A stretch of DNA of 57,155 nucleotides from a virus (lineage: Duplodnaviria > Caudoviricetes). Shown here one piece after another: positions 16,853 to 26,075 of this stretch (position 1 is the first letter of the stretch; every line of letters starts with the position of its first letter). A program made the position numbers and the translations under genes. Location of the stretch: the IMG/VR virus record IMGVR_UViG_3300049055_000031, positions 1-57,155 of that record, one strand, 5' to 3'. Under the pieces are notes generated by a model. That model made no database searches. It had not been told where the DNA came from and saw nothing but the letters and a program-made list of their open reading frames with translations.

Positions 16853-17172
16853 ACACGCTCAATCGGCATCGTGTATGCGTAACCGGCAAGGTCAATTGGC
16901 TGTTCTGCTGGTGTGACCAGGTTCCGGTAATACGAGACCATCTTTAGCGCTTGGTCATGCAACTGTGACATACGCCTCGACGAGCCCGACTCTGTGGTAT
17001 CCACGAACGACGCAGCCTCACTGGCTTTGGCTTCCCATACCTCCAGTGCAGCTGAGTTCAAGTCCTCGTTGTCATCGATGATCCCGGCCAGAACCTCATC
17101 AGTCCATGGTTCTACATCGTCTGGCTCACCGATCAACCGGCGAAGCCGTGCGATGTCTTCAAGCTCAGCCAT
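16849..17172 (-). CDS. Head-to-tail adaptor
   Basis: RLRRLIGE...AALEVWEAKA..ESGSSR; position. Confidence 0.7.
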   Translation of the reverse strand: MAELEDIARLRRLIGEPDDVEPWTDEVLAGIIDDNEDLNSAALEVWEAKASEAASFVDTTESGSSRRMSQLHDQALKMVSYYRNLVTPAEQPIDLAGYAYTMPIERV

Positions 17173-17191
17173 TAGTTCACTTCCCTAAAGA

Positions 17192-17228
17192 GGAGGGTGG
17201 ACATGGGCAGTAACCCACATCCACCCTC
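17192..17228 (-). terminator. Hairpin after head genes
   Basis: GAGGGTGGA...TCCACCCTC. Confidence 0.55.
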
Positions 17229-17249
17229 GCGCCGGTCGAGCAGCGGAAA

Positions 17250-17381
17250 TTACTCGTCGTCCTCTTCGCGTTCCGCCCGGTCCTCAGCGGCCTCCGTGTC
17301 AGCGTTGGCGTTCGCCTCGTCGGCAGCGGCCTGATCCACGGGCTGCGTCGGCTCCGGCTCTCGGAACTCCGGCTCAGTCAT
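17250..17381 (-). CDS. 43-aa acidic microprotein (not in ORF track)
   Basis: MTEPEFREPEPTQPVDQAAADEANANADTEAAEDRAEREEDDE; SD GAAGGAG. Confidence 0.65.
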   Translation of the reverse strand: MTEPEFREPEPTQPVDQAAADEANANADTEAAEDRAEREEDDE

Positions 17382-17446
17382 CGGGGTCTCCTTCTCGGGA
17401 ATTGGTGTGGTTCATCGATGACACACACGTTACCCGAAAATTCCGG

Positions 17447-17755
17447 CTAGGCTTCGATGGCCTCGGGATGCTCGGCATCCCAAGTGCGCAACGCAGCGAT
17501 GATGTCAGCCTTCTTGCTGAGTCCGGCGATGTCCACCGGAGGCTCACGACCATCACATTCTGCCTTGAGTTCCTCGACCTTCCACTTGTCGTAGTCGTCC
17601 TCGAACGCGGGAGCCTTAGCCGACTCGGTGTCGGATTCCTTGTTGAACTTCGCGTCGTTCTCGGCGATCTTGTCAATCAGTTCCGGGGTCAGCCGCTGCT
17701 CGAGCCATTCCCTGTCGTCACCCGACAGCGGCTTCTCCCAATCGATAGTCCTCAT
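17447..17755 (-). CDS. Post-capsid protein with Rho-N/SAP-like C-terminal domain
   Basis: YDKWKVEELKAEC...KKADIIAAL; SD AGGAGG. Confidence 0.7.
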   Translation of the reverse strand: MRTIDWEKPLSGDDREWLEQRLTPELIDKIAENDAKFNKESDTESAKAPAFEDDYDKWKVEELKAECDGREPPVDIAGLSKKADIIAALRTWDAEHPEAIEA

Positions 17756-17787
17756 TTCGAGGAACCTCCTAATTCGGTCAGGTGGTG

Positions 17788-17829
17788 GACACCGGGGATG
17801 CTACCGGAGGGAATCACATCCCCGGTGTC
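17788..17829 (-). terminator. 13-bp hairpin downstream of the major capsid gene
   Basis: GACACCGGGGATG...CATCCCCGGTGTC. Confidence 0.65.
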
Positions 17830-17848
17830 TCGGAGGGGGGAGTGAGAC

Positions 17849-19132
17849 TTACGCGTAAGCAGCCGGAGGGTCGTACGTGGCGTCAGCGGTGATTTCCATC
17901 ACCATTCCTGCGCCACGGTGACGCACGCCGGTCCCGAACCCGAAGGCCCAGAACGAGTCAATCAGCGGGTAGTCAGGTTGCTTGCCCTTGACCAGTCGCA
18001 GACCCCGCAGGTTAGTGTTCGCGTGCTCGCGAATGCCAACAGGGTTGCTCAGCGAATCCACACCACCGGTCGTGAAGCCGAAGATGTGCGTCGAAGGCAG
18101 CCAGTCATCCTGCACGATGATCAGCGGACCGTAGTTGCCGATCACCTGCAAGCCGTCGAGCGTTGACGCAACGGGAGCCTGGCCGAGCACCTGAGTGGTC
18201 TGGTTGGTGATCTGGCCGGGCTGGCCCTGGGCGGGGATGAAGTCGTAGAGACCCGTTCCGCCGTTCGCCGTGCTCCGGAAGTTGCGGATGACATTGCCCT
18301 GCGTGGTGTGGACCATCAACACCTGGCGGTAGCCGTTTTCCTGGCTGTATCCGTGCGAGTTGAAGTCAGCGATCATCTCATCGAGATCACCGGCGTTCAA
18401 CGTGCCAGCACCAGTGGTCCGATAGTGCTGGTGAGTGCTCAGGAAAGTGTTGTTCTTGTACGGCGGTGGCACAGTGCCATCGTTGTTGTAGAACTTGAAC
18501 ACCGTATAGGGCTGCTGGTTGATCGACGCGCTGAGGTTGTTCGCGTTGAACACGGTCTTGAAGACCTCGAACAACTGCTTGCGCCAGTAGGCCTCGACAG
18601 CCGCAGTGGCAAGCGAGTTCACCATGGTCTCAGTTGCATCAGCGAGGTACTGCCAGGTGTAACGCCCGGCCAAGTCGTACCACTTGAAGGTGTACGCCAT
18701 GTTGAAGTACGTCGGCGTGACGCGCTGACCGACAGGCTCACCGAATTGCGACGACTCCTCGAAGTCCACCCCAGTACCCTGCTGCGGAACGAGTTCCAGC
18801 GGCGACTGCACCGAGAACGTGAGGAATCGGATGAGGGCCTGACGCTGCGAGTTGACAGCGTTGAGCAGTTGTAGGAAGGAAGTCCAGATCTCATTGAGAT
18901 CCCGACCATCGGCGGTCTGTGTGACGACATCACCTGAGACGTGGAAACCGGAGTTGGTCTCCGGAGCCGCAGCACCAGCGATGCCCATGAGCATACCCAG
19001 CTCACGGATGTTGACACGCTCGAAACCGGCACGCGCAGGACCACCGGCCCAGGCTGGCCAGATGGTGTCATACCCCTTCTCAGGGGTCCAGACCGTTCCG
19101 TGCCCCTTGGGCAGGATGAGACTTGTGTTCAC
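17849..19132 (-). CDS. Major capsid protein
   Basis: ~427 aa after scaffold; strong codon bias; GFGTGVRHRG C-terminus; GTGA overlap. Confidence 0.85.
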   Translation of the reverse strand: MNTSLILPKGHGTVWTPEKGYDTIWPAWAGGPARAGFERVNIRELGMLMGIAGAAAPETNSGFHVSGDVVTQTADGRDLNEIWTSFLQLLNAVNSQRQALIRFLTFSVQSPLELVPQQGTGVDFEESSQFGEPVGQRVTPTYFNMAYTFKWYDLAGRYTWQYLADATETMVNSLATAAVEAYWRKQLFEVFKTVFNANNLSASINQQPYTVFKFYNNDGTVPPPYKNNTFLSTHQHYRTTGAGTLNAGDLDEMIADFNSHGYSQENGYRQVLMVHTTQGNVIRNFRSTANGGTGLYDFIPAQGQPGQITNQTTQVLGQAPVASTLDGLQVIGNYGPLIIVQDDWLPSTHIFGFTTGGVDSLSNPVGIREHANTNLRGLRLVKGKQPDYPLIDSFWAFGFGTGVRHRGAGMVMEITADATYDPPAAYA

Positions 19133-19560
19133 AGTTGCACCGCCTGACAACGAACGACGAGGCGACCAACCTCGACAACTTGACCGACGTAGAAACCGTT
19201 GACACCTGCACCAGGCGCAGTCGAGGTGAGCCGCGATGCCGTGGTGTCCATGTACAACTTCTGACCGGCAGTCGGGGCAACACCACCCTGCATGTCCGCG
19301 CCGGAGATCTCCACCACTTCGCCGTGCGTCATGACGTCGATCACGTCACCGGCTGCAGCAGCCACGGCGTGAACGATCAGGATACCGGAGGCAGCCGCAA
19401 CCGTTGTTGCCTTGATGACCTGACCGGAGGCGTTGAGCGCCACACACATGATGCGATTGAGGTCAGTGACCCCAGCGGGTCCGCTTGTCGCAGTCCACGC
19501 GGCAAAGAGTTTCCCTCGGAAACCGCCCGAGACGGGGTTATACTTGTCATATCGACTCAT
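19129..19560 (-). CDS. Capsid decoration/cement-like protein
   Basis: Between scaffold and capsid; AGDVIDVMTHGEV, AGQKLY motifs. Confidence 0.65.
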   Translation of the reverse strand: MSRYDKYNPVSGGFRGKLFAAWTATSGPAGVTDLNRIMCVALNASGQVIKATTVAAASGILIVHAVAAAAGDVIDVMTHGEVVEISGADMQGGVAPTAGQKLYMDTTASRLTSTAPGAGVNGFYVGQVVEVGRLVVRCQAVQL

Positions 19561-19657
19561 CCGCTTATACACTCCCTTCAGAGCCTATGGGATGGCCTGG
19601 GATGTTTTGGCCCATGTTGTCCTTCCCCGGATCTCAGACCATCGGGGAGTGCATGGA

Positions 19658-20554
19658 TCAATTCAGGCGGTTTACGAGTGCCGGGAACTTTTTGGCCAGT
19701 TGTTCCCGAGTCAGCTCCTTGTCCGACTTCTTCGACCCCTTGCGCTTTCCATTCATTCTCGAAGCCGTGGCCCTCGGGGCATCATCGCCTTCATCGGAAT
19801 CCTTGTCGTCATCCTTCGGCTCAGCCTTCTTGACGAGATGAGGATTCGCCTTTGCAAACCGCTTGAGCTCAGCTCTGAGCGATTTGCGATCCACCTTACC
19901 ATCGTCGTCAAACTCCACCTCGTAGTCATCATCGGCCAACATGAGCGCAAGCGCTTGTTCCGGCTTGATCCACGTAACCTCGTTGACCCGTAGAAAAGCG
20001 TTCTCAACGCGCAGTTTCTGCGCAGCCGCTTCTGCCTCTCTGATCTTGGAATCATCGACGATCACTTTGGGCTTGTCCTTGTTCTTGCCCTTGGTCTTGC
20101 CGTTGTCGTCCTCGTCATCTTCATCTTCGCCGGACTCGTACTTGGCCTTTAGGGCAGCCAACTCGGCTAGAGCGGCATCACGTTCTTTGTTAGCTCGCTT
20201 AGCTTTGCGGAAGTGACGATCCTTCTCCTCCTCGAGAGCCTTTATCTTAGCTTTGGCATTGCCCTTTTTCTTGCCTCTCTTAGAGTCGTCATCATCCGAG
20301 TCATCATCATCATCATCTTCCTCGGAATCTTCGTCTTCCTCGTCGTCTTCCTCGGAGTCATCCTCATCCGAGTTCTTGTCGTCCTTGTCCCCGTCTGAAT
20401 CATCATCCGGTGCTCCACCTATCATCGGCCATATGGGCAAACCACGCTTGGTCCAGCCCATTGGGGTAATTGCCCTCCCGGTCACCGGATCGACCATGAA
20501 CAGCGGCATCTGCGACCCAGCCGCGATACCCGGCTTGACAGACCTCAGGTCCAT
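19658..20554 (-). CDS. Scaffolding protein
   Basis: Acidic tracts, coiled coil, KANPHLVK and KKFPAL C-terminus. Confidence 0.85.
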   Translation of the reverse strand: MDLRSVKPGIAAGSQMPLFMVDPVTGRAITPMGWTKRGLPIWPMIGGAPDDDSDGDKDDKNSDEDDSEEDDEEDEDSEEDDDDDDSDDDDSKRGKKKGNAKAKIKALEEEKDRHFRKAKRANKERDAALAELAALKAKYESGEDEDDEDDNGKTKGKNKDKPKVIVDDSKIREAEAAAQKLRVENAFLRVNEVTWIKPEQALALMLADDDYEVEFDDDGKVDRKSLRAELKRFAKANPHLVKKAEPKDDDKDSDEGDDAPRATASRMNGKRKGSKKSDKELTREQLAKKFPALVNRLN

Positions 20555-20601
20555 CTGTATTCACTCTCCCTCATTCCGGGACCATCCCGGATCATACGAT
20601 C

Positions 20602-21186
20602 TTAAAAGAACGGCAGGAACTCAGCCCCTTTGGCATGTCCGCTAGCTGGACTCACGTCCGTAACCAACTCCACAAAAAAGTTGTATCCATCTCCACCGGG
20701 AAAATTGTTAGCCGCCAAACTATCCATGAATGTCCCGGCACTACCGCCGTTAGTCCACCGGCCATTACCTGATGTGGCCTCATCTAGCGCCGATAGAGTG
20801 CCATTCGTGATCGGCCAGACGTCGGGGGGTGTGTATGTATACCGACTACCCTCAATGGCTACCTGAGCAGCCCTCGGGGTGTTCTGCGGCCATGCCAGCG
20901 GAGCCCCAAGGTTGACTCGGTTCCACACCCCCGCAGTGATGCTTCCGAGGGTCAGTTGCACCAACCGGCTACCGGTCCCCGAAGCGGGGTTGTTCCCGGT
21001 GAGCGACCAGACAGACAACAACACTGCAGTGATACCAGTCAGCGTCTGCGGAGCAAACCATCGGATGCCGACTATGTTGGTATCCACTGTTGACTGCTCG
21101 ATAGTTGCCAGGACTCGTCTTGCCTCTCCGTCAACCGCATCCGGCGTGCTCGGCGTTTGACTAGTGAGGACTGTTAACTCAGGCAT
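20602..21186 (-). CDS. DUF4082-like beta-sandwich structural protein
   Basis: VGIRWF, GVWNRVNLGAPL, NFFVELV motifs. Confidence 0.55.
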   Translation of the reverse strand: MPELTVLTSQTPSTPDAVDGEARRVLATIEQSTVDTNIVGIRWFAPQTLTGITAVLLSVWSLTGNNPASGTGSRLVQLTLGSITAGVWNRVNLGAPLAWPQNTPRAAQVAIEGSRYTYTPPDVWPITNGTLSALDEATSGNGRWTNGGSAGTFMDSLAANNFPGGDGYNFFVELVTDVSPASGHAKGAEFLPFF

Positions 21187-22619
21187 CAGTACCCCTTGGT
21201 GAAAGCAATGACATCCCACTTAGAGTCCGTCGCGTTGTATCGCACGCCCAGGTAATCCGTCTTGTTGGCAGCCGTTGAAAGGACAACCGAAGGAATGTCA
21301 GTTCCCAACCGATAGTCTGAGCCCAAGGTCAACACCCGACTACCAGTGCCGTCCTGACGGATAGCGAATAAGATCTTCTGACCATTGCTTGAGTTGGTTG
21401 GGTTGCCAAGGGTCGCCGGACCGGTCATTGTCAGCGTGAAGTCATTACCCAGCGACGCGTCCACCGCCACCGTTGCTGCAAAGGTCAAAACATCTGGTGT
21501 ACTTAGGTACCGACCGGACTGGGTCAGGTTCACGGCCGTGGCTGTACCGGTCAATGCCGGGTTGGCGAGCGGTGCCAATAGCGCCAGCGCGGCAGTCAAC
21601 CCAGCGACATCGGATTGCGCGATAGCAAGCAACGTCTTCACCTGAGCGGTAGTCAGTGCGATCGGCGCAGCTGCCCCTCCAGTGTTGTTACCCAGGATAG
21701 TCGATGCAGCGATGTTAGCCAGCTTGGCCAAGGTGACATTGCCGTCTACAATCTTGGCCATAGTCACCGTTCCGTCTGTTGGCGTGCGTGTGTCGGTGAA
21801 CCGAGGATCACTGGTCAACGCGAGTAGCGAAGTATCGACAATGCCGTGAATGGCTGTGGTGTCACTCGTATGTGTTGCCAACGCCCCTGCGGCATTGTTG
21901 GCTACTGTCGTATCAGCGGCAGCCTGAGCCGTGCTCACTGGCTTATTGACATCCGAGGTGTTATCCACGTTGCCCAGTCCAACCTGGGCCTTAGTGTAGT
22001 CTCCGGTCTGCGCGACAACATCTCCATCACGCCCAAACACCGACGACACAGCGCCGCCTCCACCACCGGACGACGGGTAGGTCTTCCACACCGCCGCATT
22101 GGTCCCCGGGGTCACCCCGGAAGAGGCCTTGAGAGCTCCGTAGACCGACGAACCGTGTTGAACCGTATCACCGGTAAGGTACAACGACGTGACGAGCCAC
22201 GTACCCCTGTAGCCGCCATCAGCGACGGGCAAACCGGTGCCCTGCCGAATGGTGAGCGACGGTGTACCTACGTTGGGCTCTCCCACGTCTGCCAGATCCA
22301 GCGCCGCCCCGGGGGTATCCCATGGCAACGGGAACGCCCACCACAGTTTTCTGTAGTCATCACTAAACGTTGCTTGAACAACGTACTCTGCCGTGTTCGG
22401 CAGCCAATCAGCGTCAGTGGTCGCCGGTATCTCAACGGAGAACACCCCAGCCACCAGGGGAACCTCCAAGTCGAAGGGAGGAATGATGATGTTGTCTCCC
22501 TCCGACCGTATCGGTGTAGGAAGAGTGATCGTGACCACACCTTCTCGGGGTTCGCCGCTGTCCCCGTGCAAGAACTCACCCGAAAGTGTTATCAGGGTCA
22601 AAGAGACGGGAAAAGGCAT
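21186..22619 (-). CDS. Fibre protein with CBM5/12-like module
   Basis: YRGTW...YLTGDTVQHGSSVY...PG....W; VSSVFGRDGDV, VGLGNVDNTSD fibre motifs. Confidence 0.7.
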   Translation of the reverse strand: MPFPVSLTLITLSGEFLHGDSGEPREGVVTITLPTPIRSEGDNIIIPPFDLEVPLVAGVFSVEIPATTDADWLPNTAEYVVQATFSDDYRKLWWAFPLPWDTPGAALDLADVGEPNVGTPSLTIRQGTGLPVADGGYRGTWLVTSLYLTGDTVQHGSSVYGALKASSGVTPGTNAAVWKTYPSSGGGGGAVSSVFGRDGDVVAQTGDYTKAQVGLGNVDNTSDVNKPVSTAQAAADTTVANNAAGALATHTSDTTAIHGIVDTSLLALTSDPRFTDTRTPTDGTVTMAKIVDGNVTLAKLANIAASTILGNNTGGAAAPIALTTAQVKTLLAIAQSDVAGLTAALALLAPLANPALTGTATAVNLTQSGRYLSTPDVLTFAATVAVDASLGNDFTLTMTGPATLGNPTNSSNGQKILFAIRQDGTGSRVLTLGSDYRLGTDIPSVVLSTAANKTDYLGVRYNATDSKWDVIAFTKGY

Positions 22620-22624
22620 CAGCC

Positions 22625-22849
22625 CTATCCTTTCAGATCGATCATGAGATAGGCGTTTGACCAGCCGGTCTTCATGAGGTTGCGAAACGCCGCGTGTCGG
22701 TCTTTCTTGCCTTTAAGCGCTTCTTGAACAACCGACTTGATAACTCCCTCATCAACGCCGGTGTACACGACCTTGCCCGATGGCGTCATGGTAGCTCTTG
22801 CCACCTCAAGAGACGGATCGGTTACTACCACTATTCTTATCTGATCCAT
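22625..22849 (-). CDS. 74-aa protein; candidate immunity partner of the MuF kinase
   Basis: Starts 3 nt after the MuF stop; GWSNAY C-terminal motif. Confidence 0.6.
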   Translation of the reverse strand: MDQIRIVVVTDPSLEVARATMTPSGKVVYTGVDEGVIKSVVQEALKGKKDRHAAFRNLMKTGWSNAYLMIDLKG

Positions 22850-22852
22850 GAC

Positions 22853-24607
22853 CTATCCCGCCAGGATGTTTCGCGTTCCCTTAGAGAAGGGACGCAACTT
22901 GTCAAGAACGGCTAATGCGTAATCCAAAAAATTCCTTTGGCCCATATGGATTAAACCAGGCCCCACTGCCTCAATCCGGCTTCGAGCCCAGTCGATATCC
23001 GCCGTGGTGAACTTGTGGTTCTTGCTTATGCCGATGAAGATCTGTTCTGCAAACGGACCACTGGCGCTCAACTGCGGCATAGCCCGGCCACCAATGATGA
23101 CCGGTTGTGCGTGACCGTGGTCGATCGGGACAATCCGGCCTGCGTTACTGACCATCCAGTTACCCGTGTTGCGGTCTCCGTTTCGGATCAACAGATCAAA
23201 CAACCCGACTCGAAGCCCTTCATCCGATTCGGCAAGAGCAAAATGCTCTTTTCTCAATTCTGCCAGGTTTCCGGCCTTATTAGCCCTCACCTGAAGTTCA
23301 ACAGCCGTCTTCGCATCTCCAACGTAGTCCATCCAGACTTCTCCGGGATGGTTCCGATACACGCGCGGTGCTTTGGTCCCCAGTGCACCACCGATTACAG
23401 ACGAGGCCTGTTCGGCACCAGGGTTGCCAGCCGACTTGCGGACAAGCTTGGTACCATTAGCGAACGTCACCAGTTCAGTATCGGCAGACACACCGCCTGT
23501 CAGTTTTTGGACAGACTTAATAGCAGACTTCTCCACCGTATTGGCCAGGTCTTCAATACCCTTGATGCTGGTGTGATACGGCTGGGCGTTCTTCGGAACC
23601 GGTATCTCTTTCGGTGCCGGAGGAGGTGCGGTTTTCTTCGGTGCCGTTGTAGTCTTTTTGGGTGTCGGTGCTGTTTTCTTTGCTGTCGTCTTTTTGACAG
23701 GCTCCGGTTGACCCTTCAACCTCGCCAGGTTGGCGTCAAAGCGTCGGCGTAGTTCGTCATCGTACTTGCCGGATCGCACATCATCGGCGAATTTCCGGGG
23801 AGACACAGAGGTAGCAGTCAGGAAGCACAAACACTGCGGGTGTGGTTTACCTGGCACCTTCCCTCGTGGAAACTGTCCTGGTCCCAGGTTGTACTGATCC
23901 GACTCGGCCAGAGTGTTGCATTCGTCCTTGCGCGGGTGTGACCCAGACAGATTCCACTTCACTGACTCTACCCAGGGGAACTGAAACCCCTTGATCTGCT
24001 GGTTGTGAAAGGCGTTGTTTATCTCAGTGCGTGCCAACCGCATAGCGACGTACGACGCTCCACCCGGTGCCGTTGGCGATACAAACCGATAGACGTCTTT
24101 AGCCAACTCTCTTGCCGAGGCATTCCGCAGAATCCCGTTCCGAATCAACGTCTCGATATGATCGGTAGACCATTGGCCATTCTTGTACAGCCGAGTGGAC
24201 AATTCACGCTTGACCCGAGAGTAGAACGTATTGATCCCAGCCTGGGCAGAAGCCATCAGCGAGTCAACGAACTCGGTAGCCGCTGCCCGAGGCAACGACG
24301 ACAACCCGATACGTGCCAACTTCTCGAGGTCATCGGTGGCGAAGATGGCCGCTGCCAACTGACCTGCACGAATCTCGTCACCAATCGACAAGAACATATC
24401 AAGTTGAGTGCGTCGGATCTGCGACAGTACCAATCTCAACTGCGACGCTCGAATCGAGTCAGAAAACCGAGTCGAGACCTTGAGCTTTTCAACCCGTCGC
24501 TGAATGTCGAGTGCTGCCTCCTCGAGGATCTTCATGATCCGTTCATCGTACTGACGCTGCAAGCGCAAGTATCGCCTAAGCGGCTCCGGAAGCGCCATCG
24601 TCGCCAC
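22853..24607 (-). CDS. MuF-like minor head protein fused to a PI3/4K/HipA-like kinase domain
   Basis: RLARTEINNA...HPQCLC MuF motif; K/T/P linker; FDLLIRNGDRNTGN...IDHG kinase motifs. Confidence 0.85.
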   Translation of the reverse strand: MATMALPEPLRRYLRLQRQYDERIMKILEEAALDIQRRVEKLKVSTRFSDSIRASQLRLVLSQIRRTQLDMFLSIGDEIRAGQLAAAIFATDDLEKLARIGLSSLPRAAATEFVDSLMASAQAGINTFYSRVKRELSTRLYKNGQWSTDHIETLIRNGILRNASARELAKDVYRFVSPTAPGGASYVAMRLARTEINNAFHNQQIKGFQFPWVESVKWNLSGSHPRKDECNTLAESDQYNLGPGQFPRGKVPGKPHPQCLCFLTATSVSPRKFADDVRSGKYDDELRRRFDANLARLKGQPEPVKKTTAKKTAPTPKKTTTAPKKTAPPPAPKEIPVPKNAQPYHTSIKGIEDLANTVEKSAIKSVQKLTGGVSADTELVTFANGTKLVRKSAGNPGAEQASSVIGGALGTKAPRVYRNHPGEVWMDYVGDAKTAVELQVRANKAGNLAELRKEHFALAESDEGLRVGLFDLLIRNGDRNTGNWMVSNAGRIVPIDHGHAQPVIIGGRAMPQLSASGPFAEQIFIGISKNHKFTTADIDWARSRIEAVGPGLIHMGQRNFLDYALAVLDKLRPFSKGTRNILAG

Positions 24608-26075
24608 CCTCTAGCTCATCGTCAACCCGCGTACCGAAGGTGTCGGCCTTCTGGTCATCACGCCATGCCTTTGAACGTGCAGCCATATCCTGAGGGAACA
24701 CGTATCCAAGCTTAGATGCCTCTTGACGGTAGTACTCGTCATCAATCACACCACCGGCCAGCATGTCGTTGAGTTCTCTGAATCGGGTCTCTCGATCCAC
24801 CGGAACGGCATCTCCGAATACTGACTTGGCTGACACTTCAGCAAACGTAGTGTCCTCGTACGTCGGATACCACATGTTGACTAAGTCAAACCACATCTGG
24901 TCATGCTTCTCGGCGATCAGATCATTCTTCTCGGCCGATTTCTCCATGATGGGTAGCAGTTGTAGTGATAGAGCAATACCCGATTGAGCAATCTGCACGT
25001 CAACCGTCCCCACAGCAACGTCAGGTGACGCTGTGGCCTGCTTCATGGACTCCCAGAGCCGGTTGTAGTGATCACCGAACGGCGCCACGGTTCCCACCCC
25101 AGCGATGCGTTCCCACTCCGTACCCTCAGGCCGGTGGATGACCACTCCCGGACCGATCCTCCACGGAACCGGTTTCTTGGTGTCGGGGTCAATCGGCCTC
25201 GGCGCAGTGGTGCTGTACATCCCGAGACCTTGCATGGCGAGCGTCAGGTCTTCATCACTCATTGTTTGGTGTAAACCAGCGATGATGCGCTCCATACCGC
25301 GCAGTTCTGACGACCCGAACACATTACCGGGCTCCTCAAAGTTCTTGATGTGGTAGACCGGTATCGAGGTGATCCCGACAAGAACACTCTGGGGACTGAT
25401 AACCTGAACTGGCTGTGCCTCGAGATCCTGCCAGTCATCAGTCGCGAAATACCCTTCCTCAACCGTCACCACTGCATCACTCGTTGCCGTAGCTGCCGTC
25501 TTCCGATAGCACACTCGCCGGACCACTGGGTCGTCATTCAGAGTCGTCGGTTCGGCGAGGAACACGGCAATGATGCGATCCACTGAGTCTGGATCGGGAA
25601 CAGGAAAGTAGAACCCGGGGTCAATAGTGTTCAGCGACACTCGAGATCCCAACGGCTTGTCAGGATTGGCGGTGACGTGCCACACCCAATCACCTTGAAT
25701 CTGGCAATACCGCTTGGCACCTCGGAACTTGGACTTGAATCTCTCCCGGGTCATCAGGTCTGACAGCGCCATTCGAGCAGCCAGCACATCCGGCGTGTCT
25801 TTACCTGTCAGGCGATTGGTCACCGCGATCGAGTACCCCGCTCCGGTGTACCGGTTGGAGGTATCTACGATGGTCCGCCCAGCCGGAACGTAGATAGGCT
25901 TGTCGTCAGTCCCGCGTTGACTCAATTTGAACACATCAGGAACGTTCCAGTAGATCTGCTCGTACAACGTGTACGACTGGAGACGCTCGATATCCAGGGG
26001 GTCGGCAACCCAGGCAGGCTTCGGGCCGAACAGCTTGGCTCCCGTGGTATACGGGGTGAAGACCGGTGTGGTCAT
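24576..26075 (-). CDS. Portal protein
   Basis: 499 aa after terminase; VYHIKN..FGSSEL, SGIAL motifs. Confidence 0.88.
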   Translation of the reverse strand: MTTPVFTPYTTGAKLFGPKPAWVADPLDIERLQSYTLYEQIYWNVPDVFKLSQRGTDDKPIYVPAGRTIVDTSNRYTGAGYSIAVTNRLTGKDTPDVLAARMALSDLMTRERFKSKFRGAKRYCQIQGDWVWHVTANPDKPLGSRVSLNTIDPGFYFPVPDPDSVDRIIAVFLAEPTTLNDDPVVRRVCYRKTAATATSDAVVTVEEGYFATDDWQDLEAQPVQVISPQSVLVGITSIPVYHIKNFEEPGNVFGSSELRGMERIIAGLHQTMSDEDLTLAMQGLGMYSTTAPRPIDPDTKKPVPWRIGPGVVIHRPEGTEWERIAGVGTVAPFGDHYNRLWESMKQATASPDVAVGTVDVQIAQSGIALSLQLLPIMEKSAEKNDLIAEKHDQMWFDLVNMWYPTYEDTTFAEVSAKSVFGDAVPVDRETRFRELNDMLAGGVIDDEYYRQEASKLGYVFPQDMAARSKAWRDDQKADTFGTRVDDELEGGDDGASGAA

